DNA of 57,269 bases, the filler included, from Platydemus manokwari (lineage: Eukaryota): assembly GCA_037951405.1 (NCBI GenBank). It is 5 parts of 5 records of this genome, joined end to end, with 100 filler letters (N's around TTAATTAATTAA, not from the genome) between each part and the next. Parts side by side here need not be neighbours in the genome. Positions count along the whole stretch, not along the records: positions 34,722 to 44,242 come from JBBMOY011237431.1; positions 44,343 to 57,269 come from JBBMOY011901387.1; 3 more parts are not named here. One strand, given 5' to 3'. Position 1 is the first letter of the stretch. Each line of letters starts with the position of its first letter. Below, one piece after another: positions 34,722 through 48,000 of the stretch. The notes under the pieces are model-generated. The model saw nothing but the letters and a program-made list of their open reading frames with translations, had not been told where the DNA came from and did no database searches. Both the position numbers and the translations under genes were made by a program.

Positions 34722-36183
34722 ACTACGTCATTTCAATTGTCAGAATTACTGATCTCACACATTAGAAAAACTTTAAAATATATTCCATTAAACATGTTAT
34801 TTTAAGGCAACTATATCGAGTTTCAAGCACTTTATATTAAAATATGAAATTAATGGATCTTAAATATATAATTATTATTGCTATTGTCATTATAATTATA
34901 ATATAAATGAAAAAAATGTTTTGCTAATAAGTATAATTCATCAAAGTAGAGTGTATCAAACGATGATTAATTGTTACACCATATTATATATATGATAATC
35001 TAATATCGAAAATTAGATTTTTTTGTATATAAATGAATTAAGAATAAACATTTTGTTTGAATAAATATGTATCAAGAACCTTTACAAAACAGCCGCTTTC
35101 GTATAAAGCAATTAAGATTTTCTTCTGATATCTGATTGGGTTTTGAAATTAATCATGCTGTGAACAGTTTTTCTCTATTGAGATTTTGTTGACATTTAAT
35201 TTGTTAATTTACAATAACTAATATTAGCGCTATTACTATTTTTCTCCAGAGTGAAGTCATCTGATTGCTTGGTTAGTGTTTTGAACAATTGTGAGAGCTT
35301 GGAAGCTATCTTGTTCATTGAAAAATTTAGAAATAATATTAGGTATGTTAAATAAATTTATAAACCAAGTATAAATAAATATATTACAAAAATTTATATA
35401 ATTTACTCACCTTATATCTCGTTATGGATATTGAATTTTTTAAATGGGTTCCTATAAACTACTATTATATCATTACTTTCAATTTTTGTGAAGTATTATC
35501 ATTGCAACGATAAAGCATTTAATTACATTTGCAATAATATATTGTATTATATTTCGCATTAATTTGACTTTTTAATTTCTGATATTAGAATATATCAATC
35601 CCGGTGTGATCTTTTATGTATTTCTCCAAATTGCAATCTCTGTTTGATCTAAATTCTGATAGTTCTGGTGGCTTTATATTTTATGTTTCAAGGTATTTAA
35701 TTATATCAAGGGTTGTCACTCAATTGGAATTCGTTTTGAGACTAAATATATTAAAAATGCTAAAACAAGTCTGAGAAAAATAAATTTTAAATTTTAATAA
35801 AAAAATTTATTAACTATAAACATTGAAAAAATAAACATAATTAAATTAATATAATAAATAATTAATTAACAATTTATTAATTTTGATTAGATCATTATTT
35901 TGTTGTATTTTATAACATATTGGTTATTGAAATTGTTTTGACCAACTGCTACAAAATAAATATTAAATAGTTTAGCATTTATATTTGAAATATATGTTTC
36001 ATCTGAATAAATAAATAGCAACTGTGATTAAATGTGTTTTTAATTTATGTTTCATGGCCATTTCAAAATATTTTTTAATAAATTCGGTTTTTAAACGATA
36101 AATTATATTGAATATGAAGCAATTTGGTACGTTTGTGAGAAATATTATTATTTAGATATTTTTATATTCAGTTAAGTGCTTTA

Positions 36184-36774
36184 ATGTCATCGATTCGATT
36201 TAACATTTTACGAAACGTCAAAACCATCTATCATAATAATAAAGCTTCTGCTTTGTTATCAAACGTCGATAGAAAATCTTTTACAATATTAAATTCCAAT
36301 GAAGAATATTCTGTTGTCATGGCTGGAATATTTAAAAATGGAAGAGCATTGGTATTTTATAAAGAAGAATTTATTGAGTGTATTTTCAAAAGATAATACA
36401 ACAATAGAGATGCAAACTTGTTTGCTAATATGGCTAAATGGGTGACCCATGATTCTTGTACAAATTTAAGTGCTTGTCACATTTATAACGATAAATTTGA
36501 ATCCAATTTACATCGGGACAATCTGGTTGTTTTGTTTCCATAGAAATTAATAAATGTTAATACCAGAGATACAAGATTGTTGAAGAAATTTGAAACTGGA
36601 AGTTGGGGAATCATATTTTCTGGTACTTACTGGAAGAAAAAGTTCCCTAACCACAAGTACTTGATGAATAAATTTGGTATTTGTACGACAAAATTGTACG
36701 GCAAAATTGATAATAATACTGATTTGAAATGGTGTAATAAAATATCTCAAGAGCGAGATATAAAATGCGCTTAA
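36184..36774 (+). pseudogene. TCAF/FAM115-like N-terminal domain, intronless, two in-frame stops
   Basis: ORFs 36184 and 36577 are the same frame, interrupted only by TAA 36394 and TAG 36541. SFTIL..VVMAGIFKNGRALVFYKEEFI, LFANMAKWV and KKFETGSWGIIFSGTYW..FP..FGI parallel TCAF AFPV..LIAA.YG.GR.VV..HE, NAV.WL and F...GGGLLIGGQAW. Confidence 0.6.
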
Positions 36775-37141
36775 TTGTTTTGATCAACAAGAGAATTCAA
36801 TTCATCATAATACGTTTAAATGTGAATTTCATTGGTTGATTTATAATTATGATTTGTTTTTATGACATTCACTATAAGAAATATTTAATAATATCATATT
36901 AACATGTTGTTTACTTGTTTTTGCTATTTTTATTGTTTATGTTATTGTTGTTTATTTTTGTTTACATTTTCTTAGCTTTAATTCTTATTTTTGTTGAATA
37001 AAATTTTTAAAAATTAATTTTTTAGGAAATTAACTATTTGAAAGATATTTATTTAATATGAACATCACATTATTTGCTTTCAATAAATATTAAATATTAT
37101 TTTATATTTTTATGTGTTTTTAATAAAGTTACAAAAGAATT

Positions 37142-37890
37142 TGTTAAAATTAAGATAGATAAAAAAATAAGATTTGTTTTAATATTATAAAACAAACGGT
37201 GTAATTTTGAATTAGAATAAAATACTGATGCAAACGAGTTATCTTTTTACTGGCGACCACGCCGACCTTAACGCTCTGACTAGAGCTAAACGACAACAGA
37301 GGCAGAAAATTTTGCAAATCTGCCACAAAAAACGTAGGAACTATTAATCCCAAAACTATCATTCTTCGATTCATCAATCCAAGACGCTGAGAAGTGGTTC
37401 CAAACAACCAAAGATTTCGATAGCTTTAATCAAATAGAACTGTCATTTGCATTTGATATGCTTTCGAGAGATGACGCCAAACAACTGTGACAAGAATTCA
37501 GCAGTTTCAAAGAGGCTGTTTCAAATGAAGAAATTGAGAATTGGTTTTAGAAAATTTTCACATGCCAAAACAATTTATGACAAGGTTCAGGATTTGGTAT
37601 CAACGCAGCAAAGGCCAGATGAAAAATATCGCAGTTATGAACTACGAGTAAAGAAGCTAGTTTGGGAGGTGTTTGACAAGAAAAACACTCTTGAAGAAAT
37701 TTAAAGACTATTTATTTTGCAAGGTTTAAATAGTAGGAAATTGAAAGAGTCATTTACTCTCGACTCTGCAATGTCCGACGATAGAAGAAGAGAGTTGGAT
37801 GTCAATTTTGAGAGGTTAACTCTGACGAAGCCATAAACGCCATTAAGAAGACATATGCTCAGTCAGTATTTCAAAGTGAACCAAGATGAA
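37142..37890 (+). mobile_element. Ty3/Gypsy copy A1: short LTR (37142-37250), PBS (37251-37261), decayed gag
   Basis: TGTTAAAAT...TTTTTAC followed by TGGCGACCACG (complementary to the tRNA-Arg(TCG) 3' end). Gag contains QQRPDEKYRSYELRVKKL. Alignable by eye to the reverse complement of 42230-42891. Confidence 0.8.
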
Positions 37891-37894
37891 AGCT

Positions 37895-39631
37895 TTTGCT
37901 TCTTTGTGAGAGCCAAAAGGGAAGTGAAGCAGAAAATGTCTGCTAATTTGCCCCAAAAACTCAGGAAGCCTTTGTTCCTTGAAGATGGTAAAAACAGTTT
38001 CCAATCACCAATGATTTGGGAGCATTTAACCAAAGAGAATTGTCATTTGTATTTGAAATGCTGTTAGAAGATGATGACACACAGCTGTGGTAAGAATAAT
38101 GCAGTTTCAAAAAAACTGTTTCCAATAAAGAGATAAATGAATAATTTTTGGAAACCTTTGAGTAAAGGTCAAATAAAAGTATCTTAGTTTTAAGTATTTA
38201 CTAAAGAAACTAAGCTGTAAGAAATTGAAAGAGTCCTTTACTTACAACCCTGCAATGTTCAATGATAGGAGGAGAAAAAGTTTGATGTTAACTTGTAGAA
38301 GTTAATTCCGATAAAGCCGATAAATTTCATCAAGAAGACATGTGCTCATTGAGTATTTAAAAGGAACACAAGAAAGGAACACACATTTCAGAAGGAGAAG
38401 TCTCCCAAAAAACCAAGTCCAATCGTTCATAAAAACAATTTTGATGTCAAGGAATATCATCGTGAAAGAGTTAATCGCATAAAATCTTCAAATAATATGA
38501 GACCAACTAAATCAGTGAAGAATATTGTTTCCGAATTCTACAACAATTATAGATCAAAATTACGCGACGTGGTGACTTTTTTAAAAAATGACCTTGTTTT
38601 GTTGTAATGAGCTGGAATGTCCACTGTAGAGTAAATAATTAATATACGAAAAAAAGTGCATTCGTTAAGAAAATTCTATCCATTCAAATAGCCTAGTTAT
38701 AATAGTTCAAGAAAAATACTGTCCATCCATGACGAAGAAGATCAAGTCAATATCCAAAATTAACAAATTAGCATTGTTCTGATTTTGTTCTTTATAAATC
38801 AAACAAAGAAATGATTTTAGATATCAACGTTAATTTCGATTAAGGTAAAAAATTAAAGAGAAGAACTGTTAACAGCCATTAAAAATTATTGTTTTACGAG
38901 GAAGGGGCTTTTAACAATCTAAGAACTCATTGTGTATTTTGAGTATTATCTAATCAAAAAGAAATTTTTTATTCACACTGATCACATTCTCTGAAAACAT
39001 TCATGAAGATTAGCCTTCAATTTCAAACATAGTTTATAAACTTATCCGTATTATTAACTTCAACATAGAAATGTATCAGATCATTTAAATACGGATGCAC
39101 TCTTAAGGATTTGCGAAGTATTTTATTCACAGTGTCTTGCTCTGTTGTATAATGAGAATGTAAAGAGTCGAATTTGCAGAAACTAATGATATATCTTTAT
39201 GAGAAGTAATAAGAGGGGTTTTGCCATATTGGTAAGTAAGAAATTTGTAGATTACGCACAAAAAAGTCACTTTTAGCCAAATATGTCGTGATGAATTGAT
39301 CACAATGTACAGAATTGTGATAATTGTGTTAAACTAAAGGTATAGACTGATCGGACCGAAGACTTTATGATTTAAAAGAAGAAAATTGGTGCTTTGGAGA
39401 ATTTATAACTAATATCTGTTAGTGTTTGTAAATAAATTCAGCATGCTAGTAAGCTTAGTGATACTTATTCGAAAAGACAAAACCAATATTTTCAATTCCA
39501 TAATCGATAATATGTTCTACGTACCAACATATCAACATCAGGCAGGTGTCTTGGCCTATAAGATGATTAGGACGGTCCGAGATATGGTGATAACAAACAT
39601 ATCAAAGCTAAATTCCAAATACTCCTTTTGA
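37895..39631 (+). mobile_element. Ty3/Gypsy copy A2: gag, RNase H and integrase remnants; protease/RT apparently deleted
   Basis: Gag start MSANLPQKLRKP is paralogous to A1. RNase H-like YCFTRKGLLTI..FIHTDH and NTDALLR; QNCDNC zinc finger; integrase VNKFSMLVSLV...HQAGVLAYKMIRTVRDM. Confidence 0.75.
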
Positions 39632-39686
39632 TATTTGGTTAATATGCATGGGCAAAGATCAAATAAACCAAGTTAGCATAACTAGA

Positions 39687-42600
39687 TCACCTAATCATCT
39701 TTTCAGCTAAGCCATTTACCTGATGTTGGTGTGGGGAAGTAAATTCTTCCTTCATTTCAGAATGTGTCACTAATTCCTTCATTTCCCTACCCTCGAAGGC
39801 TCTACCCCGATCAATGAGCATTGATTTTGGAGCACCATACCTATAGATCCAATTATTTATGATAGACTTGAAAATACTGATTTCGTCTTGTTGAATAAGT
39901 GGCACTAAGCTTACTAGCATGCTGAATTTATTTACAATAACTAACAGATATTTGGTTTTAGACATAAATTCCCCAAAAGTGCTCAACATTAACATCGATC
40001 TGTTCCAGAGGACCAAACTCTTCCCTTAGAATCATAATCTCTTTAGCTCGTCCAATGTATACCTTCCGTTTAGCACAAATATCACAATACCGTACTTGTG
40101 CTCAATACGTCATGATATATTTGGCCAGAAGTAAATCTTTTGAATATAATCAACCAATTTCTTATAACCGATATGGAACAACTCTTCAAGAAGGTATCTA
40201 GTTAGGTTTTGCTAATGAACCTCTCACGCAACAATTTGCTTCTTTCCATTCTCATCATACACCACCATATCTTCAAACAATTCATATTTCTCTAAACTGT
40301 TAAAATATTTGCTTTTCTTGACAGCTGAATGGATTCCTGTTTCCTTTTTCTGTAACCATTTTCGAATGAAACCAGCGACAATATCTTCTTGTTGAATCTT
40401 CCTTAGTTCGTAATTATTTGTAATTGAATGCTCAATTATATTAATAAACCGACTTTTTAGTTTACGTTCTTTAGCCCCCTGGTGCTGAGTTAAGCATTGT
40501 GAACAAAATGCTTCGCCTATTCTTGAGAATCCATCCGCATTTCAATTAACTAATCCCGCCCGGTATTGAGGCTTGAAATTTAGTCCGGATAAGTTTGAAA
40601 ACCATTCTTGAAACTGAGTGTTAATCGGTTTGTTAGTTTTATTCATATATGTCGAAGCTTTGCAATCCGTATGAGTTAAAAATTTCTTTCTCATTAGATA
40701 ATGCTTAAAAAGCATAGTGAAATCGTGGATTCCCAAAAGCTCCACCCTTGTGACACAATAACCTTTTTCATGGCTGTTCAGAGTTTTAGAACCATAGGCT
40801 ATAACTCTCACTTTTCCATTGTCATCCAGCTGGCTTATAACGCCGCCAACTGCTCCGAAATTAGCGTCGGTATCTAAAATAATCTCTTCGTTTGGATTTG
40901 GAAAAGCCAAAATCGGAACGATGCGTATTGTTCCAAAACTTTCCTGTACTCCACGCCAATTTCTTGACACTTCCGGTCATTATTGCATGTAAAGTAGCAG
41001 TAATTAATGCGTAGCTCTTGATAAATCGTTTGTAATAATTGCATAATTCTAAGAACGACCTCAAATAAGTGATGCAATCGGGTTTATTTGCTTCTTTTAT
41101 CTTCTTTACTTTGTGAGTATAATTTTCAATACCTTCTGCACTAAACGTATGACCCAGGAAATTCAATTTTCTAGTGTGAAAAGTTCATTTTTCGGGATTG
41201 TTTTCAAACCTGATGATTTAATCGACCTGAATACCCTTTTAAGTTTTTCATTGTGTTTTTCTATTGTTCTTCCATACACTAAAATGTCATTTAGATAAAG
41301 AAGAACACCCTTGTTGACCAAATTCTTAAATATCGTATTCATTAGACTCTGAAACGTCGCTGGCACAGTGCATAATTCAAAAAATAGTCTGTTAAAACAG
41401 AACTATCTAGTTCTAGTGCTAAACACCGTTTGGATATCAAGTATCGGAAAAGAAAATTTCTCAGTCTGTTTTTTTAATTTTCTGAAGTTTAAACACATCC
41501 TGATTAATCCATCTTTTTTGTAACCACCACCAACGGCGATTATGACATTACTTTCGAGAAGATTTTCTATCAATTCTTGAATTTTGGTTTTTAAATTTAT
41601 TGGCTGCCTTTTGTGGCTTTCCGCAATAGGTTCTCCTTTTACGGATCTCATGTTTCATCATATCCGTTAGTCCAAAATTGAACCAAGAAGCCATAAAAAT
41701 TGAGCTATTTCCGCTTATACACCTATTCAATGAAACATCAATATTATTAGCAATATTCTTCAGTGCCATTTCGATTCAGTCTTGGTTGCTGTATTTCTTT
41801 TCCACGTCCTTGATATCGATTGATTTTATCACTGAAAGGAATATTCCACATGTCTTCATAATATCAACTCCTATAAATCCTGGTAAAATTTCTTTTACTG
41901 CGATGATCTCTTTTGGTAGAATCACGTCGTTCCAAACTATTGGGATTCTTATTTTCCCTAGACAAAATTTGTGTGGATTGAAGAATACACCAGTCGGTTG
42001 AACATCATAATGTTTAATCTGCAGCTCTCCAATGCGTCTTCAATTACTTTCATTCATTACTGTTATTGATGCACCAGAATCCCATAACATTTCAATATTT
42101 GGACCGTTGCACTCAATTTTACTTCACTGTCTATCATCGGCTTTCTGATACATCTGTAAATGCTTCCTCTTCATCTTGCCGTCTTTCATCTTTGCTGATA
42201 TGTGTCTTAGAGTGAACTAACACAATCTCCTACTTTACTTTTGGGTTACTCGGCTTTTTGAACGACGTATCCTTTTGGGTCTTTCTTGGGTCGCTTTGAA
42301 ATACTGACTGAGAATAGATATTCTTGATGGCGTTTATGAGCTTTGTCGGAGTTAAATTCTCCAAATTGACAGCCAGATATCTTTTTCTATCGTCAAACAT
42401 TGCAGGGTCTAGAGTAAAAGACTCTTTCAATTTCTTGTTATTTAGATCTTGCAGAATAATAGTCTTGAAATTTTATCAAAAGTGTTTTTCTCGTTAAACA
42501 CCTCCGAAACTATCGTCTTTACGCGAAGTTCAAAATTACGATATTTTTTATCTGGTCGTTGTTGCATTGAAGGCAAATACTGAACCTTCTTTGAAACTGC

Positions 42601-42891
42601 TGAATTCTTGCAACAGTTGTTTGACTTTATCTCTCAACAACATGACCAATGCAAATCTTTGGTTGTTTTAAACTATTTTTTAGCATCTTGAATTGATGAA
42701 TCGAAGAATGAGGGTTTCAGAAAAATTTTCTGCCTCTCTTCTCTTTTGTCTTCAGTAACAGTGTTTATTTTGTCGTGGTCGTCAGTAAAAACATTAGTTG
42801 GTTCAATTAAAATTTATTTATTTTAAAAAAAGCTCAGGCGTTTGTTTTTAATGTTAAAAGAAACTTATTTTTATCTAACTATTTTAATACA
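39687..42891 (-). mobile_element. Ty3/Gypsy copy B: LTR, PBS, gag, protease, RT, RNase H, integrase (frameshifted, 3'-truncated)
   Basis: LTR ~42785-42891; PBS TGACGACCACG 42774-42784; protease MLWDSGASITVM; RT PATFQ..LYLNDILVYG and NFLGH; RNase H LDTDANFGAVGGVISQ..IAYGSK; integrase IDRGRAF..SPHQHQVNGLAEKMIR. Domain order PR-RT-RH-IN. Confidence 0.92.
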
Positions 42892-44242
42892 TGATAGTGA
42901 AATTGAAATAAAAATAATTAACAATTCAGAACATCGTATAATTTTAGAAATTATTTTTTTTCCAAATTTCTGTAACTCTGTGAAATCAACATTGGGAATT
43001 TATGAAATTTAAAGTGTAGGAGAAATGTCTCGTTAAATGAATTTTATATTGTTTCAATGAGCAAATGATGACATGAATTAATTAATAGGTTAAAAACCTG
43101 TTAAAATTAAATAAAGCAATAAGTTAAAGACAATAAACATTTTACAAGAAGAAATGTTTTTTTAATTTGAAAAATAAATTGAACCGAACATTTACTTTCA
43201 AACAATTATTTGAATTTTCAGAAAGTTTTAATAGATTAATATATCTAATGATGATCAGGTTAAATTTAAATAGAAAGGTACATGTTAGAGAAATATTTTC
43301 TGATATAATTGACCATTGAAAAATTGGTAATTCCTACAGTGGAGTGTATTTTAAACCCAAACAGTGAATTATGTTTATTCGGAAGATTAAATAAATTTTT
43401 AATTAGATATTCAAATTTTATTAGTCTTCCAAAAAGATTATTTTATATCAGGTAGGTAGCTTCGTTAATAAAGACCGAGTTATAAAATAACAGAATTCAA
43501 AGATGAAATGGAATACAACTAAATAACCCAAATCACCAGTGACTAAAGTTCAATTTGATATAACAAATCATATTTAAATTTAACCTTATTTAACTTATAT
43601 CAATTTATAAAGAACTACGCTACAATTATGGAATTTAAGAATCCTTATGAAATTATTTTGTTCACTGTTAATATAATTCTTGACACAAATTTATAATATT
43701 TAATAAAATATGGTCGCACAACAATCATGAAGATATTCAAAATTAAGAATCTGTCGATGGAACGGGAACAGTTTAAAAGTTATTGATCGAAAATCAAATG
43801 GGATAATCTCTAAAATCCGACATGACTAGATAATTCAAATATCATCGAGCTAGAAACCCCATGGCATACAATTTAATAAAGATGGAAAATATCGTAAAAA
43901 TTATTGATAGAATTTAAAAGACAAGAATATTAATTAAATTAACGTTTTAATACTCTTAACAGCTCGAGAAATAAAAATATTATTATTATTATTATTTAAA
44001 TTATTGTTTTATTATTCTGAAAATTATAAATTTTAAAATGAAATATACTTTTATATGTAAATATTATTTCTATATATTAGAAATAAATCTAGTATGGTGC
44101 TTTTAATCTTAAATGATTTTAGGAATACTTTCTTGTCTCGTTTTATACAAGTAAAGAAATCTTCTTGTTCAAAGCTAGAGAAAAACCCAAGTAAATTCTA
44201 TTTATATATTTTCTATTATTTGTCTAAATAATATTTCGAAAA

Positions 44243-44342
44243 NNNNNNNNNNNNNNNNNNNNNNNNNNNNNNNNNNNNNNNNNNNNTTAATTAATTAANN
44301 NNNNNNNNNNNNNNNNNNNNNNNNNNNNNNNNNNNNNNNNNN
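44243..44342. other. Artificial contig linker
   Basis: N44-TTAATTAATTAA-N44. Confidence 0.98.
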
Positions 44343-45098
44343 CAAATTAATCTTAAATTTCAACCATACGTTTTAGCTTATTTGAGAAATGCAGTAAGAT
44401 TTATTTATCGAAAAATAATAATTGGATTAATTATGAATTGAATTATGAATCCATAGTTTAATTTCATGATTATTGAGAAGAGTGCAATAAATGTTTAATT
44501 TTACAAAATTCTTATCCATATAATATATATATAAGCATTAGACTAAAGACTAAAAATGATTTTTCAATATTGGGTGATTGAAGAACTGATTTCAATATTT
44601 TTAGTGAAAAAAGAAAATCAATAATTCGTGTTATTCAAAGTCTGAGCCGACTTTCCAACTAATCCTGATAGACTTATGCAAAAAGATATGGAAATAAAAT
44701 AAAATAAAAGTAGCTTTTGAGTATAATTTCAGAATTTTGTAAATGTAAATTAGCTATTTCTGAAAAGTCAAACTAAAAATCGACTTAATTTATCTTATTC
44801 TTTGAATATAGAATTGTTACAATATCTTAATAATATGGGTAATTTAGTTCATTTGTTTATAATTAATTTTTTATTTAATTAAACGTAAGAAAACATGAAA
44901 TATCACTAGTTTATTGGTATATTTTAAATGAATAATAATGAAAAAGCCTATCTGGAATAAAACACCTATTCTATTTAAATAATGGCTTACAAGATTAATG
45001 TTTGTTTAAATTATATATATTTCAGCTAAATTTTAAAAATCACAATATCCATTATTATTTTTGTATTTAGTTGTTTTGAGTGATTACATCTTATTTTA

Positions 45099-48000
45099 AT
45101 GGAACAATATAGTTCTTTAAGTCGAGCTCAATTGAGCTTTGAATATCTTCATACAAATTCGTAAGTACTACCATGTCATAATTTTATTTCTATACATATA
45201 TTAGAACAACACACGAGTTTCTTTTCGGTGCTATTGCAGAATTAATGGATAACGCTAGGTAACAAATAATTTATAATTTAAATTTAGCTAATACAACTTT
45301 ATAGAGATGCAGGTGCAACTGAATTAGATATTTATACAAGTAATGAATTAATAAATATTTGAGACAATTTATAATTTATGGTAGTTCTTGATGAATCTCT
45401 AAGAGGTGGATATATGCTCTGCTTTCTTGATAATGGGTGTGGTATGTCAAGTGGTAAGTTAAAGTTATTTTCAATTATTTAATTGTATTCTAATAATTTA
45501 ATATTTTTGAAATTTAATTAAGATGAAACTCGAAGTGTCATCATTTTTGGTAGATCAGTGAAGAAAGTTGAAGAATCTACTGCAATAGGAATGTACGGAA
45601 ATGGTTTAAAATCGTAAGACAATTAAAGTGTTGGAATTTTCATGAATTTGTTCAAATTCAGAGGATCTATGCGTATTGGTAATGATATGATTTTATTCAC
45701 AAAAAAGGATGGAGTATTAACATGCTTGTTTTTGTCTCGTACTTTTCACGAAGAAGAAAAGATTGATGAAGTTGTTGTACCTCTTCCAGCTTTTAAAGCC
45801 ACCGATAAATCGCCCATCGCAGATAGTCCGGATGACAAAAAACGACATGAAATTGAAGTTTCACTGATATTGAAATATTCACCATTCAAATGCCTAAAAG
45901 ATTTATTTGCGCAATTTGATAAAATCAAAGGTCCAAGTGGAACCTTAGTTATAATTTACAACATGAAGCTTTTGGATAACGGCGAAGCAGAATTGGATGT
46001 CTTCAGTGATAGCCGTGATATTATACTCACTCATCCAGATCTAGGTGAAAACGCCGGAATCGATATTGACGTGGAGTAATGATCATTGGAAACAGGGATT
46101 TGTAACTGATTTTTTGACGATTTTATTAGATTGTGTCCCGAACGCCGCAGTTTGCGTGCTTATGTATCAATTATATATTCAGATCCACGGATGAAGGTTT
46201 ATTTACAGGGTCGTAAAGTGCAAACCAAACGACTTGTTAGTTATCTGTATAAGCCACGAATGTATCATTATGCCAGCAAGACATTTAAAACTCGAGCCGA
46301 AGGAGAAGTGTCGAGAGCAAAGGAAGAAGTGAAAATTGGTTTGTATAGTCAATTATATTGGAAATGAATTTTCGATGTTTTAAAGCTGAAATGAAAGCCA
46401 GAGAAGCGGAGAGTAAAGCTCGTGACATGGAAGTTCGTTATGCAAATGCAACCGATGCCGAAACTTTGGTAAATTTTGATTGATTTTTTGATTTTCCAAT
46501 GCTAAATCTTGAAAATTCATTGAATATATTAATGTTTTTATTGATTTTTCGCTTATTTTTATAAATTAAATTAGTATAGAATCTTGTAACAAACATAAAT
46601 AATGATTATTTAAACATCAAAAGGTGTTGTTATTATTGCGTCCTTGTCCATTTTAGAGAACATTAACATGATATTCACCCGCAAAATATCAATGTTTTCA
46701 GCGCATTTATCCATATGAAAATTTAATTGGCCTGGATTCATTTTTTTGCAAATTTTTTTCTAATTAATTAATTGGATATTGTAAATTAATAATAATAATA
46801 ATTAAAAATTGATAATTATTCCACATATTTATTAATAATAATTAGAAACTTGTCAGAAGAATCAAAAACAAAGCCATCGAAGCGAGAGAATTGGTGAAAA
46901 ATAAACAGAACATCGCTGCCCGTAAACAGAGAGCACTTAAAGAACCGAAAACGCTGACGTTTTATTTTGGAATTAATTTGGAAAATCGTGCTTGTGATGG
47001 CATGTTTGTGTATAATTGTTCACGTTTGATAAAAATGTATCAGAGGATCGGTCCTCAACAAGATTCTGGTATGACGTGTCGTGGTGTTGTTGGGATTGTT
47101 AACGTGCCTTATCTCGTTCTCGAACCGACACACAACAAGCAAGATTTTGCTGATGCTAAAGAATTTCGAGCTTTAATGAGAGCGATGGCAGACCATTTGA
47201 TGCAATATTGGGATGATATCGAAATGGATAGCAAGAGTGTTGATTTGTTGTGGGCAAAATTTGGTTATCAATCAGCAAAATGGCGTGACATGCCAAGCAC
47301 TGAGGAAAAGTTTATCAAACGACGAGCTTTGAGTACTTCGTTAAGTGTTCAATGCGGTATGGGCGTCATTGTCATTGGTTAATTTGTTGTTTAATCGATC
47401 TTTCTAGACCAATGTTTGAAATGGCGTGTATTACCATATCAACAAAACCTTGTAGGTAAAGAGGTGCCAGATAATTGGCAATGTAAAGATAATCCGGATC
47501 CCAAACATAAAAAGTGAGTATCATTATCATTTTAAAACGTGATTCAAATAAAAATTAAACAATGCGGGTTATTCACCCTCGGTACAATATGTTTGTATAT
47601 TAAATTGCAACGATTTTCGAAATTTTCTTTTATTTTTTTTAATTTATTTTCTGACATTTGGTCCCAGCACAATATGCTGCTATTGATTATGTTATTTACG
47701 TTCAATCCTTCTATAAACACGTGCTAAAAGTAGACAAATACAAAAATATAAATAAATATGATAGATTTATTATTATGTTTGTTATAAATGGAATTTGAAC
47801 ATTATAAATCAATGGATATCCCATATTTAGGCTTGACTTTCTATTTGCTTGAACATCTTTTTCTGGTTAAATATGATTTTATTTTAATGTTCTCAAATGA
47901 TATTTATATGTTCCCCATATAATTAGAATTAAATAAATTAATTTTTTAACTTTATTCATTATATTAGTAATTTAATAATATAAATTATATGATAAACAAA

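Noticed and set aside
35000-35760. Coding-like minus-strand stretch with a GTGAGT donor
   Set aside because: Multiple stops in all frames and no recognisable motif.
36184-36774. Possible stop-codon reassignment (TAA/TAG read as sense)
   Set aside because: MORC2, the GPCR and other long exons contain no in-frame TAA/TAG, and several genes end in TAA/TAG. Ordinary pseudogenisation is simpler.
11319-44342. Recurring palindromic TTAATTAATTAA between N runs
   Set aside because: Identical 100-bp artificial linker with stops in all six frames; not biological.
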